Shown here piece after piece: positions 1 to 13,295 of a stretch of DNA of 64,000 nucleotides. Within the stretch, counting starts at the first letter, position 1. The number at the start of each line of letters is the position of its first letter. The position numbers and the translations under genes are program-made. Under the pieces are notes generated by a model that ran no database searches, had not been told where the DNA came from, and worked only from the letters and a program-made list of their open reading frames with translations. Source of the DNA: Azolla caroliniana (Eukaryota; Plantae; Polypodiophyta); the NCBI GenBank assembly GCA_043228905.1, contig JBHGNT010000018.1:12896001-12960000 (forward strand), in the 5' to 3' direction.

Positions 1-610
1 CCATGTCTCTCAAGCATGTCGCGAAACATTTGCTCCTCTTCAGGGAGGAGGAAATCCTCCCTTCCAACTCGTAGCTTTCCTTTTGTCTCTTCGGTGAAGA
101 CATGACCTATTGCCTTTGAATCTCTTAAGCTTGGATCGTTAGTGACTTCCTTCATCTTTTGCCAGCTATCTTCCGGTAGGGGAACCACAACTGGCTTGAT
201 CTTCCTATCCACCGTTTTATATTTTGTGTTGATGTCAGCTTCCTTCATCAAGATGCTTCGATGATATTCATCAATGATAGCGTACATGTTGATGGAGTTA
301 ACCGAAATCACGTGTCGATCGTGAAGATAGCTCAAGTCCACGACGTCCTCGATTTCGCCGATGGTGTCATTAATTGAGGCTTCTTCAATAATATGAGTCA
401 CGAACTCTTCTTCTTCTATTATGTTTTCTTCTTTTAGCATCTTCTCGAAGTGTTGTATCCGACGCTTGTCCTTCTTGTTGGGAAGTACTAGTTTACGTGT
501 GCCACTAGGTGTGACACATGTTGCTTCTCCTCGCAATCCATGCACTCTACTTTCTTGTAGGGACTTGTGATCACTCGGACTATTTGTGCCCCATGCTTCA
601 ATAGTCCGCT

Positions 611-2780
611 CTAAAAATCCGAGGATTCGCCTCCAAGACTATCTCGATTTCTTTCATGATTAGCTCGCACCGTTAGGAATTGAACAGATCTTTGATTGTC
701 AAGAATCTTGATTTGCACAAAAGTTGCTCCATTATTAAACACCTTGGTCTCCATCCGGGATGATGTGATATATGGTTGACCTAGGATGATAGGATGCAAA
801 GCCGATTCTTGTACGAAGAAGTGTTGATCCATCTCCACATCCCGGATCGTGACTTTAACACTTGGACAAGCTCCGTACAAGTCTTCTGTCGCCTTTGTTT
901 CCACTCGAATCTTCCATCCGTGGTTTGTATTAATTGGCCGTCTTCCTTTTTTGTAGAAGTTGGTTGACATGAGGTTGATCTCTGAGCCATGGTCAATCAA
1001 GGCTACCACGATCTCTTTCTTCTCCCTAATCTTCACCAGCGTCTCCGTTGTTGCTCGTGCCCAATGAGGTCGAGTATAGTGGTTGTCCACCATATCCTCA
1101 TCGACTTCGTCTCTTGCCATCGTTATGGCATTCACTTTTGATTTTAGTGGCTTCTCTTCTTCCTTGTCCGATAGTTGCCTTTTTCTCTTCACAAGGTCCA
1201 CGATCGTATCATGGAACTCCTTCTTCATAATATCGAGCAATTCCCTCAAGGACAAGGTCACGTGGCTATCGAAAACATGTTCCTCGAGAATCTTCTTCAG
1301 ATCAGTCGTTTGCTCTTTGTCCGACCTTAGCTTATAGGTAGGCATAATTCTTGTCTTCCGAGCGGGGTCATCGACACCAACCTTCACGGGCTGAACCATT
1401 TCTTTGACTCGTTTACTTGACTCCCCTTTTCGGGTTGATTCTCGTTCCTCCGTTTGTAAAGCTCGACTTGTTTCCGCATCTTCCTTCTTTTTCGCGTTCC
1501 TTGTTTCATGTCTTTTTGATGGGCCTTGCTCTTCTATTCTTTTTCTCTTTTCTTCGACGAACACCTCGTGGTTGTCGCACATCCACTGGATCCAACCATT
1601 CGGTTATACTTTGTACACTTCGATCCGCAAGCTCTACCTCGTTCGAAGTGCCTTTTCCCTTCTTCTCATACTCGAGAACAGTAGACCAGAACTTTGCTCC
1701 CACTTCCGCAGCTTCAATTTTGTCTTTCCCGACTCTTATTCCGGCCAACGCAGATAGTGCATTGCATCCACATGAGACGCCTCGGCATCCTCCATAGGTT
1801 TCTTCATTCCCCCTCTTCGAAATTCACTCGCAAGGGTCTTCTAGTCTCACTCGAGCAGATCATGTTGCCATCCATGTATACGATATTTTGTCGAATGGCA
1901 TCTCGAAGGCTCGTGCAATCCCTTCTCATGTGGTCCATGCTATCGCACCACACGCATCTAAAGGGTTCTCTTGCTTTGGGGCCCCGACGATTCATGTTGG
2001 CTAGCGTGACCATCTCGAACTTCTTCGCTAGTTCTTTGATGATGTCATCATCAATCTTCTTTTCTTCCGGGCTGCTTTGTTTGGGCAGCTCAGCTACTTT
2101 TGGTTGTCTTGTTTTCTCCGCGACAGTCAATCCCGCCAAGTCAGTGTCATCAACCCACTGACGACGCTTGTTGAGCCTATTGCACGCCCGCTTCACTGCA
2201 ATCCAGTCTGCCACAAACCCGTTTGCTTGGGTTTCAAGAAGAGTCCCCAATTCACGTCTATCCTTCATGTCCACAACTTTCAAGAAGTACAAAGTTTTGT
2301 CCTCCTCAAGCAACACTTGGTCCATGGCGGGGAGACGAAGAAACATTTGGTCGAACTCGTTGTACACCCTCGATGCGCTCATCCTCTTATTCTTCTTTTC
2401 TATCCACTTCATCAACGCATGTCGAGTCATCCTCGTCAAGTCTTTCGTCGAGAACTCCGCTAATATCGCGTTCTCGAACTCAGACCATGTTGTCTTACCT
2501 TCCTGAAGCTCGATGACACGTCTTTAGATGTTGTTGCGACCACTCTCTTAAAACTTGTGATTTGCCGCGCTTCAGACACGTCCTTTTGATTCATCTCCCT
2601 TTTGTATGCATCAAGGAACTTCGTAATGTTCCTTTCATCAAATTGACCCTTGAACTCCATGACACGATCAACGGCCTTCGCCACACTCGCATCGTTGTCT
2701 CTAGATCTCATCATTTGTTCGACGATTAGCATCATCCTTTCGAATTCTCCCACTCGATATCTTGAGGATGCCATCTCCAA
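611..2780 (-). pseudogene. gag-protease ORF1 of element A, frameshifted
   Basis: ORF fragments are colinear with the intact 708-aa ORF 42943-45069. Confidence 0.9.
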
Positions 2781-2820
2781 GTATTAGTCGATCCTCAACT
2801 TAATCCTTCCTACCGCCTCT

Positions 2821-2838
2821 TTCACGTTAGGTTCACCG
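2821..2838 (-). promoter_or_regulatory. Primer binding site (tRNA-Trp), degenerate
   Basis: Minus strand reads CGGTGAACCTAACGTGAA versus consensus TGGTGAACCCGACGTGAA, the complement of the plant tRNA-Trp 3' end TTCACGTCGGGTTCACCA; 8-nt spacer from the LTR. Confidence 0.85.
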
Positions 2839-2846
2839 CTTAATTA

Positions 2847-3961
2847 TGTCGTGAAGATCCGTCACTACGTGCAGATCGTGAGGCGGAACCATCGGGGTCC
2901 TGAATCGGAAGGATTCGAAGTTTGCACTAACTTGAGCGAGAAGGTATTTAAGATAGATTGAGAGATATTGATATGATGAAAGAGTGATATTAAGATAAAG
3001 ATCGAACTTTTAACTTTTAGATTTAGGAGAGAAGATACAACAACAATAGGATTACAAGTTTCTTATTTTTCCAAAATTTTTCATTACCCCCATTTTCTTG
3101 ATTCCTCCACTGTTTTATAGATGCCCCCATGCATATGGTGCATGTGAAGGTGCAAGACATGCATGAGATGCATGTTTGCCATTTGGCGCTCATGTATTAC
3201 ATGTGTTACATGATAACTATGTCACTCATTCAAGCTCTCATATATGAGAATTTACATGTAAAATGATCAAAGTAAAGCTTTTGAAGATATGACTTGGCTT
3301 AGTGGTAAGCCTATTGACTTTCAACTTGGAGGTGCAAGGTTCAAGGCTTGCTCACATCCCTTTCAAAACACAAAATACTACTAGGCTTTTGGTCTTGTAT
3401 TTACACCGAAAACCTTCAAATCACCATGCATCGCGATCAATCAACCTATCCGTATGTCCCGATTGGTTCAATCTGATCCTTTTTTTCATCGTCTTGCTGG
3501 CTTCGTCCAGTCGCCGTCGCCACCTCGCAGGCTCTGTCTGGTTCCGGTCGGCCAAAACTTTTACAAGTAGTTAGGCCACACCAATTCATCTAGTTAGTTT
3601 AGCTCAAGTTGCCTTGAACATTCTATGATCCACTCATAGACACAAAGTAATAGATTTTGGTCCGCCTTATATACTCTGGGATCCTTATTTATCCCGTCTA
3701 TGTGGGATATCTCGTAGTTTTGTTTTTTCTCTTCTACTTCGCAAACTTCATACCCACATAACTTGCCAATTAGTTTTCCGTTTCTTATGTGGTAAAGTGT
3801 ATTCGAAAGCTCTTGAAGACCTCCATCTTTTTGTACAAAGGTATTAAACTAGTATAAAATAGTATATTCACTATTATTGTTTTATGTTATGTGTGAAGAA
3901 CCACACTCGATTTTGTACATTCCATTCAATTTTCACAGCGTTGGCGAAAATCTTTATGACA
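2847..3961 (-). repeat. 5' LTR of element A
   Basis: TGTC...GACA termini; adjacent PBS; similar to the LTRs of C and K. Confidence 0.9.
3286..3358 (+). other. tRNA-like Pol III A/B-box module inside LTR A (not called as a functional tRNA gene)
   Basis: A-box TGGCTTAGTGG at 3295, B-box GGTTCAAGGC at 3338; stems GGCTT/AAGCC, GCAAG/CTTGC and GATATGA/TCACATC. Confidence 0.7.
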
Positions 3962-5039
3962 TCGTCACCGCCCTAAATGATAACCGAAAGAAGGAAAGAA
4001 AGAAACGGACCGGCGTTCAAACTACGCTTGGAGATAGAGCAATCCATCGACTTTAAGCATGTGATGGAAGAAAGGATCTTGGATAGCTGAATCGAGTTCA
4101 CACTACGGAAGATCATGGGAATTGCAAAGAAAAGAAGTTGAAATTGATTGGATCGAGCTCCTAGGGCCACTCAAGATTGGAGAAGGAGAACCCGAAAACC
4201 AAAACCATGCTTTAATCTTTACTAGAGGAGATGCATTGCAAGCCATATATATGAACCAAGAGAATTACTTCGAAGAAGCTCTAAAGGTGAGAAAACTTTT
4301 GCAAGAGTTTACCAAACACTGTGGATTGAGCAAACCACAATTGCTAGGGGTGGGATCATGTGTTTACGGGATCAGTATCTTCTTTAGCTTGGTTCATGTC
4401 AACATAAGAGAGTAGTTTTGTGACACTTGGCAATTGACTTAATGAAAAGGAAGAGACTGGCGACAATTGAGGAAAGAGCGAGACTGGCAAATGTTTGGAC
4501 GAGCGTTATTACAACGGAAGGTCTCGAAATTTGTGGATAGCCATTTCGCAAGGCCACATTGGCTAGGGCCACTGCCGAGACACCAGTGCGGGTAGGAGAC
4601 TTGAAAGATCTGGTGGTGGCGCTGGTTGATCATGGCTCGGAGATCAACCTCATGTCTCTTGACTTCTATCGGAAAAGTTGCTGTCCCATTAATACTAGGC
4701 ATGGGTAGGTGATTCGAGCAGCAACAAGGGCAACATAAGAGCTTCATGGGACCTGTCCTAACGTTAAGGTAACTATTGACGACGTCGAGCATGATCAACA
4801 CTTCTTTGTGCAAGAGTCGGCGTCACATCCTGTTATCCTTGGCAAGCCTTACATTACCGAAATCTGTGATAATGGTTTGGCATATGTACGGATACGAAGT
4901 CAGGATGCGACAAGCTTGGTTCAATTCCTCATCGTGTGACCAAACCATGAAAGAAATAGGCATAGCTTAGGGAAAGAATCAAGGGAGGAATTTTAATTCG
5001 GGCTATTAGGGAGAGGGACAACAATAGTTCGGGACATCT
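3962..5039 (+). mobile_element. Ty3/gypsy element D, gag-PR segment; interrupted on the left by A and on the right by copia E
   Basis: Translates to FKLR..IEQSIDFKHVMEERILDS..GIAKK / IDLMKRKRL..PHWARATAETP..LVDHGSEINLM; continues at 23498 after the TSD CATCT. Confidence 0.88.
4131..4433 (+). pseudogene. Captured fragment of a callose synthase (1,3-beta-glucan synthase, GSL/CalS) coding sequence
   Basis: KEVEI..LGPLKIGEGEPENQNHALIFTRGDALQAIYMNQENYFEEALKVRKLLQEF, then after a frameshift HVFTGSVSSLAWFMST*ESSFVTLG; these match the diagnostic GSL/FKS motifs GEGKPENQNHA..TRG..DMNQDNYFEEALK and REHxFTGSVSSLAWFMS. Confidence 0.93.
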
Positions 5040-5550
5040 TGAAAGACATATATGCGTGGAAACGTATGTGAGGACCTGTCGGTTATGCTCAGCAAACAAC
5101 ACAGAGGGAAGGCAAGAAGATATAGACAAATGATAGATACACACCAATAAAGCTTTAATGGAAGCTCTCCTTATTTTTGTTTTCTGTCAAAGACTCGATG
5201 GAGAGGATGATCAAGTGATCTCTTCTTTACAAAGATAGATATGCGTGGAAACGTATGTGAGGACCTGTCGGTTATGCTTAGCAAACAACACAGAGGGAAG
5301 GCAAGAAGATATAGACAAATGATAGATACACACCGATAAAGCTTTAATGGAAGCTCTCCTTATTTCTGTTTTCTCTCAAAGACTCGATGTCGACGATGAT
5401 CAAGTGATCTCTTCTTTACAAAGACAGATATGCGTGGAAACGAGGACCTGTCAGTTATGCTCAACAAACAACATAGAGAGAAGGCAAGAAGATATAGACA
5501 AATGATAGATACACACAGATAAAGCTTTAATGGAAGCTCTCCTTATTTCT

Positions 5551-5588
<38 letters not shown>

Positions 5589-5722
5589 AGACTCGATGTA
5601 CAGAATGATCAAGTGATCTCTTCTTTAGAACGTTAGGTTATTTCTTATACACTAAGCCCTAAGTATATGGACGAGTTCACACTAGGATACAAACTGGAAG
5701 GAGTCGGTCTTTTATGCCAACA
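5040..5722 (-). repeat. 3' LTR of copia E containing three tandem ~190-bp units and a (CT)n tract
   Basis: Units start near 5042, 5231 and 5420 (AAAGAYAKATATGCGTGGAAAC...GATCAAGTGATCTCTTCTTTA); (CT)n at ~5552-5586. Confidence 0.9.
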
Positions 5723-6016
5723 AACTCCCCCGTAAAAGGACTACTCTTTAATACATGTAGATGTGTTTGGGATTGTCTCCCCCGTAAAACTAGATTACAA
5801 CACTAATCCAGATTTATGTTACAAGTCAGTCGGCATAGGTGAGGTTCATGTTGAGCCTAGCATGGCTCATTATCATGATTGATTCGGTCGACTCTTACCT
5901 TTTGCTCCTTGTTCGGCTTTCTTCTTCTCGGTCGCTTATCGTAGTCCCATCTTTGTCCTTAGTGCTCCGAAGTGTTGATCTAAGAGTGGCTTTGTCAGGC
6001 AATCGGCGATGTTCAC

Positions 6017-6521
6017 CTAGGTGTCGATCTTCTCGACTTCGAGCTTCTTCTTAGTTATAAGCTCCCAGATTTGATGATACCATACCTCAATGTGCTGCGT
6101 CTTTGCGTGATAGAGGGGATTGTTAATGAGGTGAATTGCGCCCTGTGAGTCACAATAGATGGTCGGCACTGGTCGGCCGATTTGGCTTGTAGATGAAAAG
6201 TTGGCAGACAGTCGGTGCACCCAGATCGCTTCCTTCGTTGCCTCTGATGCTGCTATGTACTCAGCCTCTATGGTCGATAGGGTTGTGCACTCTTGAAGCT
6301 TCGACCTCCATAATATCGCACCGCCACCATAGGTGAAAATATAGCCTGATGTTGACTTCCGATTGTCCGTATTTCCAGCATAGTTAGAGTCAGTGTAGCC
6401 TTTGACTTCGGCTTAGGTTGTCAAACCGAAAGTTAGCTATGTATCTTCGGTTCCTCTCAGGTACTTGAAGATGTGCTTGACGGCCTCCTAATGCTTCCGC
6501 CCTGGGTTTAACATGTACCGG
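6017..6521 (-). pseudogene. Copia E RT C-terminus and RNase H remnant
   Basis: GYTDSNYAGNTDNRKSTSGYIFT..LSTIEAEYIAA..IYCDSQGAIHL..HAKTQHIEV. Confidence 0.88.
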
Positions 6522-7144
6522 TGTCACGTCGATCTCGGCGTACGAGAGCAAACGAAAAGAAAATTGTGGATCCGGGAAGTAAGCACCGGGCTTGTTGTCA
6601 AAGAAAGAGGAGAAACGAAAATAACTTGTATTGATATCTGAAGATGATTACAAAATATTTCTTGTACAATATATAGCTTGTCCCTCCTATTACAATAATA
6701 TTCCTCGTCTCATGTTTTTCTACTCTTTTCCCTTTCCCTCTTTAAATAGGTGCCCCATGCATATGATGCATGTGAGGGTACAAGACATGCATGTAGTGCA
6801 TGAAATGCATGTGATGCATGATAGACTTCCCACTCATTTGAGCTTTAATGTATGAAAATATATATGGCATAAGTACAAAGTATAGCTTCAAAAAAACAAA
6901 TGACCTACCCTAATGGTATGTGCCTTGTATTTGGTACGGGAGGTTGTGGGTTCAAGTCTCTCAAATTTTATTAATATTTTAGTTTATTTTTCTATCGTGA
7001 AGCAAATCCTTCATGACACCTAAACCCCTAAATGCTCCTACTCATCAAGGCCTCACACTCTATATAACCTTTTACAAAGATTTGAATAAGCCATATAAAT
7101 TGGTAGAGGTTATTTTCTCATCGTGGCATGGAAACGTCCTGACA
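6522..7144 (-). repeat. 3' LTR of B
   Basis: TGTC..GACA termini; matches 12896-13295 apart from a ~240-bp segment. Confidence 0.9.
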
Positions 7145-10100
7145 TCCTCCACCTCTAGACCTGCGCATCCTTTGGCATGCGCCAACGAATGTCTCCTTCT
7201 TCAGCTTCATGGATGTCATCTTCATTGAGGATGTTAGTGCTTTGATCTTCCCTTCTCTTGAATAGCTTAATTCGCTTTCCTGCAATTGGTAACTTTAAAT
7301 CAACTCCATCCATTTCAGTTAGGAAATAAGTTGCATTTTTATTCACTTGTCTAATGATATATGGCCCGAACCATCTTTAGGCAAATTTGCGAGAAGTACT
7401 ATGTTGGTTATCCAAGCCGCTATCATAAACTATGACCCAATCACCTTCTTGGAGGTTTCTTGGTCGAAGGTGATGGGTTTTATCAAATCTTTCTTTGTTC
7501 CGTAGTCGACATTGTTTCATCCTTTCCGTAGCTATTTGAACATCTTCATCCCTTCTTTCTAGCTGTCTTATTCTAAGAGCAAGCAAATCTTCTTGACTCA
7601 TTTCATCTGCCCATGGCAAGACAACCTAGGAAAATACCGATTGCTCTACTAGCATAATTGGCTTTTGATGAAGAATCAATTATAATGGCATAAAGCCAGT
7701 CACGAAACTGTGAGTAGTGCGGTCATCCCATAGTGCATACAGTAACAAATGAGGCTAGTTAGCTATCTTGCCATCACAAGCTTTAACCAAAGCTTTTACT
7801 ATAGGGCCATGTCTACGCTTAGCCTTTCCCATTAGCTTCAGGGTTATATGCCGTAGTTAAGGACAGTCGAATTCCCATTATTGAAAAAAATTGTACAGCT
7901 TCGTTAGAATCTAGTTCTCCTCTATATGCAACAATCTTCCCAAATGCACCCATACCTACATATCACATCTTCAAGAAGGAACTTACAAACAGCTAAAGTG
8001 GTTTTTTGGCGTAGGGTTTGGCCTTCCACTTGATTTGTCAAATCCTCTCTTGCCAACACAAGATATCTCATTTTCCAAACCCCTGCATGCATCATTACAA
8101 TATCCACAACCCATTTATAATGTAGAGATAAAGAATAAGTAGGTTGCAACCCATCACGATGTCGAACATTTGAATACATTTGGCAGTTCTCACACGATTG
8201 TACATATTCTGCAACATCATTGTACATTCCAACCCACCAAAAATTCTCTTTTAATTTCGAGTAGGTGGCCCAAACTCCACGATGACTTGCCCATAAAGTA
8301 TCATGAAATTCAAATATTAGTTTTTGTTCTTCTTCCCTTCTTCCAACCACTCTTTGCGGAATCTCTTTCACAACTTTTGGATGTCTCCAAAGATATCCCT
8401 CATGAAGAAAAAATTTATAAGATTTCTTTCTTATTTGATGAAATAGCTCCCTTGACCATGTTCCATCTTTCACGTGAGTACTCAAGTATTTTCCAATTTG
8501 TAACATCTCCCCATCGTACTCAGATTCACGAAGAATAACATGAACACCCAAATCACATGACCCCTTCACGTTACAATTTATGGAAAAGAAATCAAAACTC
8601 TTGTCTTCTTCATCAGTCATTACCATAATATTTTTACCTTTAAACCTCGCTCTTGAGAGCATATTGGCAATTGGGTTATCCGTTCCTGCAATGTGCTTGA
8701 TTTTAGGACATAGTGATTTTATATAAACTATCCATCTAAGCATAGCTATATCAGATGTTTCACAACTTGAAATCATTCCTAGCAATGGACGACAATTTGT
8801 TTCAACCCCAACTTCAACACCAATTAAGTATTCACGATCTGTTTTAATAACTGTTAACATACCCCATAACTCTCTTTTAATCTGTGGGTAAGCTCTTTGG
8901 CGTTCTGTTAAGATTTTTGCACCAAATCGAACTACATATCCCAACCCATCATTCTCTTCTTGGCTAACAACCCAACCGATCCCGATTGGACTTGTATCCA
9001 CAGTAACAATGATGGGACATTCACTATCATACCTAGCCTTCTGTAAAATAGGGGCATTCAACAACATTTCCTTTAGTTGGCGAATTGCATCTGTATGTAC
9101 ATTAGTCCAAAGGAAACTTGAATTCTTCTTAAGCAACCCATAAAGCGGATTAGCCACATGTGCGAAATGTGGAATCCAAATTCGGTAAAACACACAAGCA
9201 CCCAAAAACCTATGCACTTCTGTTAGAGATTTACAATCATCCTTTAGATTTTGAATTGCATTTACCTTAATTGGGGATGACTTTCTTCCGTAGGGTCCAC
9301 ACATGTGCCCTACAATCAGAACTTCGGGACCCCAAACATAGATTTTTGACCTGAAAATGTAAGATGAACCTCTTCTAACCTTGAAAGGATTCTTTCCCAG
9401 CATCAATGCGGTCTGCAACAAACTTTCTACATCCGTTCAGCATGAGTTTTTCATCCTACTTATTCATCGAGCATCCTTTAATTGGAACATCATCTAGAAA
9501 AGGTATAGTTATTTTTAGCACAATATCTCTTAAAATTTTATTCATAGCATTCACCATATGTGCCATTGAATTTGTAGCATCTTGTGGCAATGTAAATATT
9601 TGCATCAATCCAATTGGTGTTCTTATAGTAGTTATATCAAGACTATCAATAGCAAGTTGAAATTGATCATACCCTGAATACAAATTACAAATAGAATATA
9701 TAGCTCTTCCTACGAAAGCTTTTGCAAAGGCATCTACAATCGGTCCAACATCGACATTTCGAATAATAACCCTATTGATAGGTTGTAAATCCTGAACAAA
9801 CATTAATGAATCGTTCTTTTTAGGTACAGTAAACCACTTATTCGAGTAGGGGGCATCTGATGGCTCCAAGATACCCATTTCTATTTTTTCCTTAAGCAAA
9901 GCTATTACTTGCGGTATTTGGGCTCGAGGAATAGGGATAGGCCTTAAATTCTAAGGAATATGCGGAACTGTAAATATAGTCATTGGTTCCACAACTGTGG
10001 GATCTACACAACCAATTTCACTCGATTCAAATGCAAATGCTTTCCCATGACTAGCAATCATATTTCGAAAACATTGTATCTTAACAGGCAAAAGAAAATC

Positions 10101-12895
10101 ATTCTCACCAACTTTTAGTAGATCTAGAGTAGCATTTGTAAACTTATGACCAATATCCTTAGAATCCCGTAATATTGGCTCATACGCGACATTCTTTTTC
10201 ATTTTAGTACTATCCATAGGTAGATGCATGGCCACAGGCTTGACCATTTTGTCTATTGTTTTATATTTAGTGTTAACTTTTATTGCACAGTTATGTTTAC
10301 TTGCTTTTTTAGCCATTTCATGATAGCTATTGCCAACTAGTTCACTATTAGCTATACAACAAATTTTTTCAATAAAATCAGCAATATGAAGGTACATATC
10401 AATAGAATTTACATGAACAAATCTCTTGTCGCATTCTTTCTCATTCAAGCAAATTTCTAATATTTTGACTATATCCACATATGAATATTCAAGAAACATA
10501 CTAGAAATTATGTCATCCCTTTCAATCATCCCTAAAGTGCACAATGCATCCAACATCTTTCCGCTCCCTTTATTTTGTGCATGACTTTCCACACCAAAGT
10601 AACATGTAAATCCATCCATTGTATTAGAGAAAGTAATGATTGTTTTATTAATTGGAAAACATTTTTGCAAGGAAAGAAAAGCTTTGGGACCATTGTGTCC
10701 CTGCCCATCAATGATCCTATTTTAAAATCCGACTGATAAGATGACATATCATGCTCACACAAGTTAGTTCTAATTCTTCTTTATTTCTATCATGCTCTTG
10801 CCTAATAGTAAGAAATTGAACACTCCTTTTACCATCAGTACTCGGAATTCTAGCATATGTCGAGCCATCTTCAAGCACCTTCGTCTCCATCCTAGAAGAT
10901 GTGATATTTGGTTGACCAAGAATCACTAGGTATGACGAGGTCTTTTGGATAAAGAAATGTTGCTACATTGGCACATCTCCAATGGTGACTTTGATGTTTG
11001 GGCAAGCTCCATGACGTTGCTCGGTCATTGAAATAGCCGAATTTACCCTCCACCCATGATTAATTTCCATTGGCCATCTGCCTTTCCTATAAATATCAAA
11101 AGAAATTAGATTAATTTCTGAGCCGTGGTCAATTAAAGCCACGACTGGATCTTCAAGGTTTTCAATCTTCACGAGTGTCTCAGTTGTTGCTCTTGCGCAA
11201 TGTTTCTTAGCATAGTAGCTTTTTAGCTCTTTCGGCTTCTCTTCAAAAGTTGTCGTTGCAATAGCTTGTGTATCAACAATGGAAGAGGTTGGTTCACCTT
11301 TGAGGACTTCCACCGTTGCTTTCTTTACTTCATTTCCTGGGTTTTCGGCGGCTTCAATACTATTATTGCATCATGAAATCCTTTTTTAGCTATGCTCAAA
11401 AGTTCCCTCAAGGAAAGTTCCACTTTTCTATCTAAAATTCTTTCTTCCAATACTTTTTTTAAATCACTTGAAGCTTCAATATCAGATAATAATTTGAATG
11501 AAGGACTCTTCTTATCCTTACCTTTTTCAATGTCAGGGCTTACCATTTTTGGACTTTCTGTCTCCCTCTTTTTAGCGCTTCTTAGCTCCCTCTTCTTGTT
11601 ATCTTCATTTTCCGCCCATTTCTGTTTCTCTTCCATGATCACTTCATGGGCTTGGGTTGTTGCAACCTTCGCGAAAGCTGAGAGGCCATCCACTGGGTCT
11701 TCCCAACCAGTTTTGCTTTGGACAACATCACCTCCAGACTTCAACTTTTCAAACTCGATTTTACCTTTTTTTACAGCTTTCAAAATACATGGATGACTGT
11801 AGTTGTTGGTTGAAAGACATCTTGTGTCCTAGTTATTTCTGCGTCTTCGATGATCCTTCTCATACCACCTCTTCTAAAGTTAGTTGGGAGAGGTAATTGA
11901 GTTTCAGAAGAATGAATCTTATCATCTTTGAAGAATATCACCCCTCTTTCTATTGCTTCTTGATAGTTATCACACCCTCCTCTTGAATGGTCGACGCTAT
12001 CACACCATATGCATCTTCTTCATAATCCTTTTGGGGTTGTGAGGATTTTTCTTCTTGTAGCTTTGTAACTTGTAATGAAAGATCTTTTATACCTTTGATA
12101 AGATCGTCCATCACTGTTTCGAGTACCTTGGAAATAGTTGACGGACTCCTAGTATCCTCCTTGATGGATGTCTTCATTTCATCTTTCATACCCCTAGCAA
12201 TAGAAAGATCTTCACACCATTGGGCTCTTTTGTTAATTTTGTTACAAGCTTCATGTACTCGATTCCAATCGGACACTCTAGTGGGTGTAGTTCAGTCTTC
12301 AAGGAATGCTACTAATTTTTCTTGATAATATGACCTTCTCTGGTTCCAAAAGAGTCCTTTCAGTCGTCGTTAATTGGTTATACTAAGCTTCAAATTCTTT
12401 TAACAACTCCATCACCGAAATCATCTTGTCCTCTTTGTCTACCCAATCTAGGAAACTCCTCCTTGATGCTCGGATTGTATCACCAAGCATGTACTCATTT
12501 AATAAAGCTTGCTCTCAAATGCAACTCAATCATTAGAACTTGTTGTGAGTTCTGAGACTCTATTTCTCAAAGGGAGTTCAACCATACTCACAAAATTCAT
12601 TTGAACATCATGTTGGTTTAACCCTTTACTACCCATCTCAATACCATATACTTGTAAGAATTTAAATATATTTTTACCATCAAAGAGAGCCTTTTTCTCT
12701 ACAAGCTTGTAAATAGCATGATCGATTCGTTGAAGAGCAGTTGCACATTCTTGGCTTTGCATCATTCTTTCAATCATTTGTAACACTACGATGATTTGTG
12801 GCTCCACAACGGCTTCTTGGTTGATCCGTGGCTCTGAGATTGCTTGTTGGTTCTCCATCTCTCTTAACTTCCCTGTTTCACATCGGGTTCACCAC

Positions 12896-13295
12896 TATCG
12901 TGTCGATCTTCGTGTACGAGAGCAAAGGAAAAGAAAATCGCGAATCCAGGAAGTAAGCATCGGGCTTGTTGTCAAAGAAAGAGGAGAAACGGAAATAACT
13001 TGTATTGATATCTGAAGATGATTACAAAATATTTCTTGTACAATAATATAGCTTGTTCCTCCTATTACAATAATATTCCTCGTCTCATGTTTTTCTACTC
13101 TTTTCCCTTTCCCTCTTTAAATAGGTGCTCCATGCATATGATGCATATGAGGGTACAAGACATGCATGTAGTGCATGAAATGCATGTGATGCATGATCGC
13201 CATTTGGCGTTCATGCATTACATCCCACTCATTTGAGCTTTCATCTATGAAAATATACATGTATTTTCTCATCATGGCATAGAAACGTCACGACA
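12896..13295 (-). repeat. 5' LTR of B (internally deleted)
   Basis: Near-identical to 6522-6860 and 7111-7144; lacks the intervening segment. Confidence 0.88.

Larger units (their letters stand above)
1..3961 (-). mobile_element. Ty3/gypsy LTR retrotransposon A (Phygy-like, tRNA-Trp PBS), degenerate; 3' part runs off the window
   Basis: 5' LTR 2847-3961 homologous to the LTRs at 16490 and 21429; PBS at 2821-2838; broken gag-PR ORFs 2460-2780, 1804-2439 (CVWCDSMDHMRRDC knuckle) and 611-1582 (LIDHGSEINL); start of pol at 1-610. Confidence 0.93.
6522..13295 (-). mobile_element. Ty3/gypsy element B (Phygy-like), AT-rich and degenerate, nested in copia E RT
   Basis: LTRs 6522-7144 and 12896-13295; PBS TGGTGAACCCGATGTGAA at 12877-12894; PPT 7145-7156; TSD CCGG/CCGA, and removing B restores copia GVVSRYM; gag, PR (DHGS), RT (FLDD), RH and INT fragments at 7155-12858. 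Confidence 0.93.

Noticed and set aside
3286-3358. Functional tRNA gene
   Set aside because: Anticodon arms are irregular and differ between copies, and all copies are inside LTRs; treated as a tRNA-like module instead.
4122-4415. Intact host callose synthase gene or exon
   Set aside because: Only ~100 codons, with a frameshift and a stop, and flanked on both sides by contiguous gypsy gag sequence.
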